DNA of 64,000 nucleotides from Acidimicrobiia bacterium (GTDB lineage Bacteria > Actinomycetota > Acidimicrobiia > Spongiisociales > Spongiisociaceae): the NCBI GenBank assembly GCA_965231815.1, contig OZ246890.1, positions 1,692,888 through 1,756,887 of the forward strand, read 5' to 3'. Below the pieces are notes generated by a model. It was not told the origin of the DNA. It searched no databases and saw only the letters and a program-made list of their open reading frames with translations. Positions 9,059 to 18,724 of this stretch are shown here, piece after piece; positions within the stretch are counted from its first letter, which is position 1, and every line of letters starts with the position of its first letter. Both the position numbers and the translations under genes were made by a program.

Positions 9059-12000
9059 ATGTTGCGGCGTTGGTTTCGGATTCGTGCGGTCGAGATTGTG
9101 ACGGGCGTGCGGATCCGTCTTGTGGCTGCGGCTACGATCTGCACCCTTGTCGCGAGCATGCCTTGGTCGGCGTTTGCGCAAAGCAACCAGCCACCTGACT
9201 TTCCGTCGACCGAAACCGGAGTCAGGAGCGTGGCGGAAGACACCGGACCCGGAGTGGATATCGGTGCTCCGTTCCAAGCCGATGATCCCGATGATGCGGT
9301 TCTGACCTACTCAATCGGAGGGGTTGATGCCGACGCCTTCACCGTGGTTGCAGGTACCGGACAGTTGCAAACCTCGTCCGGACTCAACTACGAGGCCAAG
9401 AGCACCTACCGGTTATCCGTCACCGCAACCGATCCCATGGGTGCTTCCGATTCCATCAATGTGGTGGTGAACATCACCAACGTTGAAGAAGCAGGCATCG
9501 TCAGTTTCGTTCGTCAAGCTAATCACAAGACGATAAGGGTGCATTTGCGGGATCCGGACGGAGGGGTGAGTGGCGCCACATGGACCTGGGCGAGATCGGT
9601 AGACGGACTGACAGCCTGGACGGACATCACCACTACCTCCACTTCCTACACCCCGGGAGTCTTGGACTCAGGCAAATACTTGCGGGCTACGGTGACGTAC
9701 ACCGACACGCTCGGTGCGGGCAAGGAAGCCAAGGCCGTTTACAACAACCTGCTCCCGGCACCCGAAATCCGGGTGGCCACCGTGGTCTCCGGGCTCACCA
9801 TCCCCTGGGACATGGCCTTCACCCCCGATGGGACCATGCTGTTCACCCAGCGATCCGGGTCGCTTAGTAGCCGACTCACCAATGGCGTCGTGCAGACCGT
9901 CGATGCCGACTTCGGAGATCTGTTTGCCTCCGGAGAGACAGGGTTGATGTCCATCGCGGTCGATCCGGAGTTTGGCTCCAACCGGCGTTTCTATACCTGC
10001 CAGGGTCACACCGGCCCGGAGGTACAGGTGATCGCCTGGACGATCGATTCCTCCTACGCGGAGGCCACCCGGGTGGCGGACCCGCTTGTCGGGGGAATAC
10101 CCACCGGCGCCTCCGGGCGACACGGCGGCTGCCGCCTACGCTTCGGACCTGACGGATACTTGTGGATCACAACCGGTGATGGCGGCCGGGGGACGAACCC
10201 GCAGGACTTGGCGTCGCTTGGGGGGAAGGTCCTTCGCGTTGACAAGACGACGGGTCTCGGCGCTCCCGGCAATCCGTTCCCCTCGTCGCGTGTCTATACC
10301 TTCGGTCACCGTAACGTTCAGGGTTTGGATCGTCGTCCCGGTACGAATGAAATGTGGTCGGTCGAGCACGGCCCCACCTTCGATGACGAGATCAACCTGC
10401 TGGTGGCCGGGGGCAACTACGGTTGGGACCCCACTCCGGGGTATAACGAGAGGCTTCCCATGACCGACCTGACACGGTTCCCCGACGCCGTCGAGGCCAA
10501 ATGGTCCTCGGGAAGTTCCACCCTGGCTACCAGCGGTGGCACATTTCTGTCGGGGAGTGGATGGGGCATCTGGGAGGGACGTTTGGCGGTGGCCACTCTC
10601 AGGGCTCAGAACCTGTACCTGTTCGAGTTCGACGCCGCGGGGGAGCTTATCAGCATGATCTCCCTTCCCGAGCTGGCTTGGAAGTACGGGCGGCTGAGGA
10701 CACCCGTACTGGGTCCTGACGGCGCTCTCTACGTATCCACATCCGGCCTTCCCGGCACCGGCCTGATACTCAGGGTGGCCGAGAAGCAGGCGCCGGATGA
10801 GCCTCGTATGGGGCAGGTGACCAGCCGTGTCGATCAACTGGTCGTCAACTGGGACTCGCCCACCGACGATGGGGGAGGGGAGATCACCGGCTACGACCTT
10901 CGCTACATCCGTTCCGACGCGACCGACAAGGCAGATATCGAGTGGGCGCTGGTAACCGGCGCGCATGGACCGGGCAGCGGTCCGTTCGCGTACACGTTGG
11001 GTTCGTTAGAGAACGGGGTCTCCTACGACCTACAGGTCCGCGCGGTCAATAGCGAGGGAGTGGGCCAGTGGTCCCGAACTGTCCAAGCGACTACTGCCCT
11101 ACCAAACCATCCGCCGGTGTTCTCCTCGGACACCGCCGTCAGGGAGATCGGTGAGGATCACATGGTGGGAGGGAAAGTAGGGGCGCCGGTGGTGGCGACC
11201 GATCCCGAGCGGGACACGCTGACGTACACGCTTGACGTCTCCTCTGAGTATTTCGATCTGGCTTCCGCCACCGGACAGCTGACGACTCGTGCGGAGCTCG
11301 ATTTCGAAACCGATTCCGTTCACGATCTGACAATCCTGGTAAGCGACGGTAAGGATGAGAACGGTGAAACCGACCCGAGTAGCGATGACACCATAGATGT
11401 CACGGTGAACGTGACGGACGTCAACGAGCCTCCGGCACTCGACGGCCCGGTCACCGTAGACATCTCGGAAGGCGCCGAGCGTCGGCTGGCCACCTATAGT
11501 GCTGTCGATCCGGAACAGGCATCCATTGCTTGGAGCGTGGCGGGCACCGACGCCGCCGACGTGGAGATCGACAACTCAGGCGAGCTCAGTTTGCGACAAT
11601 CGCCCGACTACGAGGGCCCGCAGGACGCCAACCGGGACAACCGGTATCAGGTCGAGGTGCGAGCCTACGACGGGATGAACCGTTCTACACTCGATGTCAC
11701 CGTCACCGTCGGTAATGTTGACGAGCCGGGCGCGATCACCCTGTCATCTATCCAGCCTCAGGTGGGAACCTCCATGGTCGCCACCCTGTCGGATCCCGAC
11801 GGCGGTGTCAGCGGCGCTTCCTGGCAATGGTTTACCTCCACGGATCAAGCGACGTGGTCGAGCATCACCGGTGCGGTGCGGTCCGGTTACACACCGGTTG
11901 TGGGCGACGAAGGCGCCTACCTGCAGGTGACCGTCTCCTACAACGATGGGGAGGGGCAGGGGAAGAACGCCGAAATGGCCCTCGCTTCGACCGTGAGGGC

Positions 12001-13306
12001 GGCGCCGGTGACTAACTCTCCTCCTGAGTTCCCCAGCACCCGGGTCCAGAGGGAAGTGTCCGAGGGTGCACCGTCCGGTAGGGCACTCGGAGCGCCGGTC
12101 GCCGCTTCCGATCCCGACGGGGATAAGCTCCTCTACACCCTTGACAAGAATAGTGACGCCGTTTTCGACATTGACGAAGCAACCGGCCAGCTGTCTACCG
12201 AGGCCTCCCTAGACCACGAAAGCAGGGCAACCTACAACGTGAAGGTTACAGCTACCGATCCGTCCTTGAGTAAGGCGACCACAACCGTAGCCGTCACCAT
12301 TACCGACGAGGACGAACCACCCGTCCTCAGCGGACCCGGCGTCGTATTCGTTCCCCACAACACCAGGAACACGGTGGCTACCTATCGCGCGTCCGACCCC
12401 GAGGGCGCCACACTCACCTGGACGCTCTCTAGCCCTGACCTGAGCCTACGGTTGGCCAAAGGCGTTCTCTCCTTTCCCGATCCGGCCGAATACCAACCCG
12501 ATTCCGGCAACACCTATTACATCACCATCGAGGTCTCGGATCAGACGTACAGTACTTTGCTCCCTGTCACCATCATGGTCACCGAGGTCTCCCGTAAGAC
12601 CCCGCCTCCGCCGACTCGATCCGGTGGCGGAGGCTCAAGCGATGGCGGAGGCTCAAGCGGTGGCGGTGGCGGTGGCGGTGGCGGCCCGCCGACGCCGACG
12701 GCCTCTGAGAGGTTCGAGGACGTTCCGTCGGGAGCGGGGTACGAGTCAGCGGTGTCGTGGATGGTCGAGCATCAGATAACTGTGGGTTGTACCCGCACCT
12801 TGTTCTGCCCCGACGCCGACCTTACCCGCCAGCAGTTCGTCACTTTCCTGTGGAGAGCGGCCGGGGAGCCGACCGCCACCTATCGGGGGTCCGAGGCGTT
12901 CGCGGATGTCGTCCAGGGTGTGTATTCGGATGAGGCCATCGGTTGGGCTGTCTCCAACGGGGTTACCGTCGGCTGCACAGAAGGGGAATTCGGGGATACG
13001 AATTGGCGGTTCTGTCCCGGCGATCCGGTTACCAGGGGGCAGATGGCGACGTTCCTTTACAGGCATGTGGATTCCGGCTATCCGGGACGATCGCTTGCCT
13101 ACACGGATGTGGACGCCGACGCCTATTACTGGCCGAGCGTTTCATGGTTGACCGAGTTCGGAGCGGCGCCGGGATGCGATCCGGGGCGTTTCTGCCCGGA
13201 CCGGGATGCCACCCGGGTCGAAGCGGCGGTGTTCATCCACGGGGTAGCCATACGACCCGGGATGTGGGGACCGGGGAACACCTCCTTCATACCCTCATCA
13301 AGCTGA
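9059..13306 (+). CDS. Giant cell-surface protein: cadherin-like repeats + PQQ-type sugar dehydrogenase beta-propeller + FN3 + further cadherin-like repeats + Gly-rich linker + C-terminal SLH repeats
   Basis: 1415-aa ORF. Cadherin-like LTYSIGGVDADAFTVVAGTGQLQTSSGLNYEAKSTYRLSVTATD...VVVNITNVEEAG, with at least four similar units. Sorbosone/glucose dehydrogenase-like PWDMAFTPDGTMLFTQRSG...GHRNVQGL...GGNYGWD. FN3-like ITGYDLRYIR...YDLQVRAVNSEGVG. C-terminal FEDVPSGAGYESAVSWMVEHQITVGC...LTRQQFVTFLWR SLH units. The exact start is uncertain. Confidence 0.8.
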   Translation: MLRRWFRIRAVEIVTGVRIRLVAAATICTLVASMPWSAFAQSNQPPDFPSTETGVRSVAEDTGPGVDIGAPFQADDPDDAVLTYSIGGVDADAFTVVAGTGQLQTSSGLNYEAKSTYRLSVTATDPMGASDSINVVVNITNVEEAGIVSFVRQANHKTIRVHLRDPDGGVSGATWTWARSVDGLTAWTDITTTSTSYTPGVLDSGKYLRATVTYTDTLGAGKEAKAVYNNLLPAPEIRVATVVSGLTIPWDMAFTPDGTMLFTQRSGSLSSRLTNGVVQTVDADFGDLFASGETGLMSIAVDPEFGSNRRFYTCQGHTGPEVQVIAWTIDSSYAEATRVADPLVGGIPTGASGRHGGCRLRFGPDGYLWITTGDGGRGTNPQDLASLGGKVLRVDKTTGLGAPGNPFPSSRVYTFGHRNVQGLDRRPGTNEMWSVEHGPTFDDEINLLVAGGNYGWDPTPGYNERLPMTDLTRFPDAVEAKWSSGSSTLATSGGTFLSGSGWGIWEGRLAVATLRAQNLYLFEFDAAGELISMISLPELAWKYGRLRTPVLGPDGALYVSTSGLPGTGLILRVAEKQAPDEPRMGQVTSRVDQLVVNWDSPTDDGGGEITGYDLRYIRSDATDKADIEWALVTGAHGPGSGPFAYTLGSLENGVSYDLQVRAVNSEGVGQWSRTVQATTALPNHPPVFSSDTAVREIGEDHMVGGKVGAPVVATDPERDTLTYTLDVSSEYFDLASATGQLTTRAELDFETDSVHDLTILVSDGKDENGETDPSSDDTIDVTVNVTDVNEPPALDGPVTVDISEGAERRLATYSAVDPEQASIAWSVAGTDAADVEIDNSGELSLRQSPDYEGPQDANRDNRYQVEVRAYDGMNRSTLDVTVTVGNVDEPGAITLSSIQPQVGTSMVATLSDPDGGVSGASWQWFTSTDQATWSSITGAVRSGYTPVVGDEGAYLQVTVSYNDGEGQGKNAEMALASTVRAAPVTNSPPEFPSTRVQREVSEGAPSGRALGAPVAASDPDGDKLLYTLDKNSDAVFDIDEATGQLSTEASLDHESRATYNVKVTATDPSLSKATTTVAVTITDEDEPPVLSGPGVVFVPHNTRNTVATYRASDPEGATLTWTLSSPDLSLRLAKGVLSFPDPAEYQPDSGNTYYITIEVSDQTYSTLLPVTIMVTEVSRKTPPPPTRSGGGGSSDGGGSSGGGGGGGGGPPTPTASERFEDVPSGAGYESAVSWMVEHQITVGCTRTLFCPDADLTRQQFVTFLWRAAGEPTATYRGSEAFADVVQGVYSDEAIGWAVSNGVTVGCTEGEFGDTNWRFCPGDPVTRGQMATFLYRHVDSGYPGRSLAYTDVDADAYYWPSVSWLTEFGAAPGCDPGRFCPDRDATRVEAAVFIHGVAIRPGMWGPGNTSFIPSSS

Positions 13307-13351
13307 GCCCGCGGATCCACGCGGTCGCTCCGCTCGTCGCAGGGGCGCTAT

Positions 13352-13561
13352 TAGCCCCGATTATTCATGGATGGGGGTTTGGAGGATGAGTGGAGTAGAC
13401 CAAAGTTGCGCCTTGACCAGGCAATACAGCTATCGGCGTTTTCCTGTCCCGGTCCGGTGTAAGAGGTTCACCTGTCGGGTGAACGGTAGGATTCTCCTAA
13501 TACTCCGGTTGGTCTGGCGTTACATGCCTTGGTGTGTGGGAAACCTGAATAATCAGGGCTA
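13352..13561 (-). mobile_element. MITE-like repeat family 1, copy 2 (inverted relative to copy 1)
   Basis: Its reverse complement aligns end to end with 7053-7260, with the same termini and conserved blocks. Sits between the stop of the giant SLH protein and uvrA. Confidence 0.85.
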
Positions 13562-13694
13562 GCGAAGTTGAGCAGCGGTGTGGACTCCGATGGGCGTTGT
13601 TTGAGATAGTCGTGATTCTCCACCGGACCGGTGGCAACTACCATGATGTTTCCACTCGCCTGCTTCCCCCGACTGATCGAACCTGAACGCTGAG

Positions 13695-16514
13695 ATGATG
13701 ATCAAGGACAAGCTGGTAGTCCGCGGCGCCCGCGAACATAACCTGCAAAACGTTTCGATAGAGCTTCCTCGCGATCGGCTGATCGTATTCACGGGTCTGT
13801 CCGGTTCGGGTAAGTCCAGCCTGGCGTTCGATACCATCTACGCGGAGGGTCGTCGCCGCTATGTGGAGAGCTTGTCGGCCTACGCCAGGCAGTTTCTCGG
13901 CCAGATGGACAAACCCGATGTCGACTTCATCGAAGGTCTGTCTCCGGCCATCTCGATCGATCAGAAAACCGCCGGGCGTAACCCTCGCTCGACCGTCGGG
14001 ACCATCACGGAGATCCATGATTACCTGCGCCTCCTGTACGCGCGGATCGGGCTTCCCCACTGCCCTGAATGCGGGAGGGCCGTGGCTCGCCAGACACCCC
14101 AGCAGATTGTCGACCAGATAGCCGTCCTCCCTGAAGGAACCCGTTACCAGGTGCTTGCACCGATCATCAGAGGCCGCAAGGGTGAGTACGAGGAGCTTTT
14201 TCGTGACCTTTCCCGCCAGGGGTTCAGTCGAGCGAGGGTGGACGGTGAGGTGGTTTACCTGGGGGAGCCGATCAAGCTGGACCGCTACTACACCCACACC
14301 ATCGAGGTGGTGGTCGACCGCTTGGTAGCCGGTCGGGGCGGGAAACGGCGGATCACCGACTCGCTCGAGACCGCTCTGGGTCTCACCGGGGGAATCGCGG
14401 TCGTGGACGTGATAGACGGTTCCGAGCTGACCTTCAGCCAGCATCTGGCGTGTACCGACTGCGGTTTGTCGTTCGAGGAGCTAGAACCCCGCACCTTCTC
14501 GTTCAACAGTCCCTACGGCGCCTGCCAGGCATGTTCGGGGATCGGAACCAAGTTCGAGGTGGATCCGTTGCTGGTGATCCCCGATGATGAGCTCTCGATC
14601 GCTGAGGGCGCGGTGGCGCCGTGGGCAACCAACCGGAATCGCTACTTTCACCACCTGCTGAACGGGCTGGCTAATGAACTCGGGTTCGATGTCGACCAGC
14701 CCTTCCACCAGTTGGCGGACGAGCACCAAGAAGCCGTTCTGTACGGTACCGGGGACATGCCGGTGCAGGTGTCGTTCACCAACAGGTTCGGGAGACGGCG
14801 GCGGTACAAGGCGACTTACGAAGGGGTGATTCCGGTCCTGCGGCGCCGTCACGAGCAGACCGAATCGGAATCGGCTAGGGCTCACTACGAGGAGTACATG
14901 CGGGAGGTTCCCTGTCCGGAGTGTGGTGGCGCCCGTCTTAACCCTGTCGCACTGTCGGTAACCGTGGGAGGCCTGAACATTTTCGAACTGTGTCGCAGCT
15001 CCATCAGCCAAACCCTCTCTGTTCTGGACGGGCTCCAACTGGGTAGAAGGGATGCGACGATTGCGGAGTCGATCCTGAAGGAGATCCAAGCCCGCCTCCG
15101 GTTCTTGCTGGATGTGGGCCTCGAATACCTGACCCTGTACAGGGGCGCCGCCACCCTTTCCGGGGGAGAGGCCCAGCGGATCCGGCTGGCCACCCAGATC
15201 GGCTCCGGCCTGGTAGGTGTCCTGTATGTTCTGGACGAGCCCTCCATCGGGCTTCACCAGCGTGATAACCGTCGCCTGCTCGAGACCCTTCTCCGGCTTC
15301 GGGATCTCGGGAATACGCTCATCGTGGTCGAACACGACGAGGAGACGATCCGGACCGCCGACTACGTGGTCGATCTAGGGCCTGGAGCGGGGGAGCATGG
15401 CGGCCATGTGGTTGCGGAGGGGGGCTATGAACAGATAGTCGCCGAGCCGACTTCCCTTACGGGCGACTACCTGGCCGGACGCCGCAGGATTCCCACCCCG
15501 AAAGCCCGCCGATCCGGTGACGGCCGGACGGTCACCGTAGTGGGAGGCGCCGAGAACAACCTACGCCATCTTGATGTGGAGTTTCCGTTGGGAAGGTTCA
15601 TCTCCGTCACCGGTGTTTCCGGCAGTGGCAAATCGACCTTGGTCCAGGAGATCCTGTCGAAGGGACTTCACCACCGACTCTATAGGGCGAGAGCTGTTCC
15701 CGGCCGCCATAGACGTATCGAGGGAATCGAGCATCTCGATAAAGTCATCAACATCGACCAGTCACCCATCGGTAGAACACCGAGGTCCAACCCCGCCACC
15801 TACACCAAGGTATTCGATCGGATCAGGGCCCTGTTCGCATCCACTCCCGAATCGAGAGCCCGCGGATACAAGCCGGGGCGCTTCTCTTTCAACGTCCGCG
15901 GCGGTCGCTGCGAGGCGTGCCGCGGTGATGGAACGATCCGGATCGAAATGCACTTCCTGCCGGATGTGTACGTGCCCTGCGAGGTCTGCGAAGGCAGGCG
16001 TTACAACCGGGACACCCTCCAGGTCAGGTGGAAGGAGCGGTCGATCTCCGAGATTCTCGATATGCCGGTTGAGGAGGCATTGGCGTTCTTCGACGCCCAG
16101 CCACCCATCGCCCGCATCCTGCAAACCATCTACGACGTGGGGTTGGGATACATCCGTCTAGGCCAATCGGCGCCGACCCTGTCCGGGGGCGAGGCACAGC
16201 GAGTCAAACTTGCTTCCGAACTCGGGAAGCGGGCCACCGGCAACACCATGTACATCCTTGACGAACCCACCACCGGCCTTCATTTCGAGGACACCCGCAA
16301 GTTACTGGAGGTACTCCACCGCTTGGTGGACACCGGTAACACCGTGGTGGTTATCGAGCACAACCTGGACGTCGTGCGGTCAGCGGACTGGATCATCGAT
16401 ATGGGACCGGAAGGTGGGGATGAGGGGGGGCGGATCGTGGCCCTGGGGACACCCGAGCAGGTGGCGCAGGTTCCGGAGTCATACACCGGAAAGTTCCTCC
16501 GGGACGTTCTGTAG
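13695..16514 (+). CDS. uvrA: Excinuclease ABC subunit A
   Basis: [68 protein letters not shown]. Two ABC modules, LSGGEAQR signatures and Zn-finger cysteines. 939 aa. Confidence 0.97.
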   Translation: MMIKDKLVVRGAREHNLQNVSIELPRDRLIVFTGLSGSGKSSLAFDTIYAEGRRRYVESLSAYARQFLGQMDKPDVDFIEGLSPAISIDQKTAGRNPRSTVGTITEIHDYLRLLYARIGLPHCPECGRAVARQTPQQIVDQIAVLPEGTRYQVLAPIIRGRKGEYEELFRDLSRQGFSRARVDGEVVYLGEPIKLDRYYTHTIEVVVDRLVAGRGGKRRITDSLETALGLTGGIAVVDVIDGSELTFSQHLACTDCGLSFEELEPRTFSFNSPYGACQACSGIGTKFEVDPLLVIPDDELSIAEGAVAPWATNRNRYFHHLLNGLANELGFDVDQPFHQLADEHQEAVLYGTGDMPVQVSFTNRFGRRRRYKATYEGVIPVLRRRHEQTESESARAHYEEYMREVPCPECGGARLNPVALSVTVGGLNIFELCRSSISQTLSVLDGLQLGRRDATIAESILKEIQARLRFLLDVGLEYLTLYRGAATLSGGEAQRIRLATQIGSGLVGVLYVLDEPSIGLHQRDNRRLLETLLRLRDLGNTLIVVEHDEETIRTADYVVDLGPGAGEHGGHVVAEGGYEQIVAEPTSLTGDYLAGRRRIPTPKARRSGDGRTVTVVGGAENNLRHLDVEFPLGRFISVTGVSGSGKSTLVQEILSKGLHHRLYRARAVPGRHRRIEGIEHLDKVINIDQSPIGRTPRSNPATYTKVFDRIRALFASTPESRARGYKPGRFSFNVRGGRCEACRGDGTIRIEMHFLPDVYVPCEVCEGRRYNRDTLQVRWKERSISEILDMPVEEALAFFDAQPPIARILQTIYDVGLGYIRLGQSAPTLSGGEAQRVKLASELGKRATGNTMYILDEPTTGLHFEDTRKLLEVLHRLVDTGNTVVVIEHNLDVVRSADWIIDMGPEGGDEGGRIVALGTPEQVAQVPESYTGKFLRDVL

Positions 16515-16558
16515 GAGGGTCAGGTCCCTACTGGCCGGGCACGAAACGGAGTGCGGAC

Positions 16559-16877
16559 ATGTTGACGGACCTGGAGTTGGCTGGAAGGGGAGAAGTCGGG
16601 CCGACCGATCGGTCATACCGGGTGGTTCCCGACCGCATTTGCCGTGGGCGCCTATCCCAACCCGGTCGGGTGGAACAGCAAGCTGGACACGGCTGCACGG
16701 TCTATGTTCACTGTTGGGGAGGTAACGGGCGGACGGGCGCCGTGGTGGGATGCCGGTTGCGAAGGCACGGCTACGCAGGAGTCGGCGATGCCATCGAATT
16801 ACTGCGAAGACTGCGCGTTCAGGGTGATAGGAAGGGTGGTCACAAGCCGACCACCTAGACTGCGGCACAGCGCCTGA
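16559..16877 (+). pseudogene. Degenerate Cys-based (CX5R) protein phosphatase-like remnant
   Basis: P-loop VYVHCWGGNGRTGAVVGC is present. The N-terminal AFAVGAYPNPV...KLD part lies in another frame, the region between them looks deleted, and an in-frame TAG precedes a conserved-looking tail TAAQRLMVEQW. Confidence 0.4.
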
Positions 16878-16958
16878 TGGTGGAACAGTGGGGGTACGGA
16901 CGCTGAAGGATCATCCGCCGGAAGCCTGATCCTTAGCGCCTTTCAAAGGGGGATCGAC

Positions 16959-17678
16959 GTGCAAGACTGGAACAAACTAACCGGGTGGTGGCTGGAGGAG
17001 TCCCGGGATCCGGCTTACCAGGAGGAGGTTGTTCCTCTCTTTCTGGGGGTTCTACCCCGAACGGTATCCGGACAGGTCGTGCTGGATTTTGGATGTGGTG
17101 ACGGGCGAATACAGGATCTGCTGGCCTCTCGCGGCGCACAGCCAATTGGCGTGGACATGAACCTGGATCTGTTGCGCCTGGCGTCCCGTCGGCATCCCGT
17201 CGTCCTGAACTATCTACCCCAGATGTTCTGCATCGGAGACGACTCGGTTGATGGCGCTTATGTGGTCCTTTCCCTTGAACACTTCGAGGATTCACCGCGC
17301 TTCTTCAACGAAGCGGCGCGGGTAACCAGGGCGGGGGGATGGTTGTCGGTAGTCATCAACCATCCTGTTTATACGGCGCCCGGGTCAGGACCGGTGCTTG
17401 ACACTACGGACGACGAGCTTTTCTGGCGCTTCGGCGATTACCTGACCGAGGGAAGGACCCGGGATCCGGCCGGAGGACGAACCGTCGAGTTCATTCATAG
17501 GCCGATCTGGATGTTGCTCAGCGAAGCCGCCGCCGCCGGTTGGTCATTGGAGATGGTTCGGGAACAAGGGGCCGGGTCTCTTGCCGCCGCCAGGGACCCG
17601 ATCCTTGCCAAACACCGCGACATTCCACATTTGATGGCCCTTCGCTGGCTGAAGGCGGTGCCCGCTCCCCGTCGTTGA
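16959..17678 (+). CDS. Class I SAM-dependent methyltransferase
   Basis: Motif I VLDFGCGDGRI, later DGAYVVLSLEHF and GGWLSVVINHP. Confidence 0.75.
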   Translation: MQDWNKLTGWWLEESRDPAYQEEVVPLFLGVLPRTVSGQVVLDFGCGDGRIQDLLASRGAQPIGVDMNLDLLRLASRRHPVVLNYLPQMFCIGDDSVDGAYVVLSLEHFEDSPRFFNEAARVTRAGGWLSVVINHPVYTAPGSGPVLDTTDDELFWRFGDYLTEGRTRDPAGGRTVEFIHRPIWMLLSEAAAAGWSLEMVREQGAGSLAAARDPILAKHRDIPHLMALRWLKAVPAPRR

Positions 17679-17718
17679 TCGATTCGGGCCGTTAGCCCAT
17701 CCGGCGGTGTGGAATAAA

Positions 17719-17752
17719 GAAGCCGGCCCATCCGTTAGGAAGGGCCGGCTTC
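17719..17752 (-). terminator. Hairpin terminator between convergent genes
   Basis: GAAGCCGGCCC (17719-17729) pairs with GGGCCGGCTTC (17742-17752), an 11-bp perfect stem. On the minus strand it is followed by TTTATT, downstream of the proX-like gene. Confidence 0.6.
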
Positions 17753-17782
17753 GCCAGAAATGGTTGCTTGTTGTTTAAGGTG

Positions 17783-18724
17783 TCAGCCTGCCGCTCTGGC
17801 AGAGTCCAGCCAACTGTCCACCATGTCTCGGTTAGCGGCGATCCAAGCCTCGGCGTCAGCCTCGATATCAGCTTCCGAGTACTCATCGGCCGTGGCCATC
17901 TTGGCATTCTGGGCGGCGATGTCACTCAGCGGAATCGCCACCACCTCGAGGAGGCGGCGAATGTCGGGATTCGCATCCAGGAAGTCGGTGTTGCCTACCG
18001 CACGGATGTCGTTGACAGCGGACTGTAGCCAAACGGCGTTTTGCCCGGCCACGATGGCGGTGTTGGTCCAGTTCGGGGTCCAGGCGTAGAACAGCACCGG
18101 TTCACCGGAGTCCACTCTCGCCAGGATACTTTCTGCCAACTCGTCGTAGTTGCCCGAGATCTGCTCCACGTTGGCGCCCCAACTCTCTTCAGCGATCTGG
18201 TCGTTGATGACTGTTTCGCAGCCCCATCCGACGTTGCATCCGAGGAGGTCAGCCTTGCCGTCGCCGTCCCTGTCGAAGAGACCGGCATTGGCGGCCACAC
18301 CACTCATCGAGGTGATTCCATTGCTGTCGGCCGTGGCCTTATCGATCATCAGACCGTCAACGGCGCCGCCGGCTACTTGCCAGCCCACCGGTTCGATCGG
18401 CAGATCAAAAGTCTGGCCTGTGACGTTCTCTCCCTCCAGATAGAAGTCATGGAGAGGGAACCAGCCGTTCGCCCACAGATCGTACTGACCTGCGGCAAGG
18501 GCGGGATAGAACGAGTAGGGGCTCAGCTCGGCTGCTGCTGGATTGGTCACCTCGTAACCGAGTTCTTCGACCAACTCTGCATAGATGGCAGCCTGCATGT
18601 ATCCGGAACTCCAGTTAGCCCGGGCGATAGCCACGGGTCCGCCTTCGTCCTCGATAGCACAAGCCGAGAGCACCAGCAAGAATGCCGCAAGAGTCGCGGT
18701 CAGCGTGCTCAGTTTCTTGATCAC
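17783..18724 (-). CDS. Glycine betaine/osmolyte-binding lipoprotein (ProX/OpuAC family)
   Basis: Lipobox LVLSAC, then ARANWSSGYMQAAIYAELVEELGYEV, WANGWFPLHDFYLEG, LFYAWTPNW. The GTG start overlaps the stop of the upstream BCCT gene (GTGA). Confidence 0.8.
   Translation of the reverse strand: MIKKLSTLTATLAAFLLVLSACAIEDEGGPVAIARANWSSGYMQAAIYAELVEELGYEVTNPAAAELSPYSFYPALAAGQYDLWANGWFPLHDFYLEGENVTGQTFDLPIEPVGWQVAGGAVDGLMIDKATADSNGITSMSGVAANAGLFDRDGDGKADLLGCNVGWGCETVINDQIAEESWGANVEQISGNYDELAESILARVDSGEPVLFYAWTPNWTNTAIVAGQNAVWLQSAVNDIRAVGNTDFLDANPDIRRLLEVVAIPLSDIAAQNAKMATADEYSEADIEADAEAWIAANRDMVDSWLDSARAAG

Noticed and set aside
13371-13562. Small ORFs lying entirely inside the repeat elements (13371-13562; 30310-30498; part of 53370-53783; 58685-58882), three of which share the peptide VLRNPVQRGSAANPQLHDQAVCRPPNPVR.
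   Set aside because: The shared peptide is a by-product of translating the same non-coding repeat. The ORFs start or stop at arbitrary points in unrelated flanks and occur in both orientations relative to neighbours.
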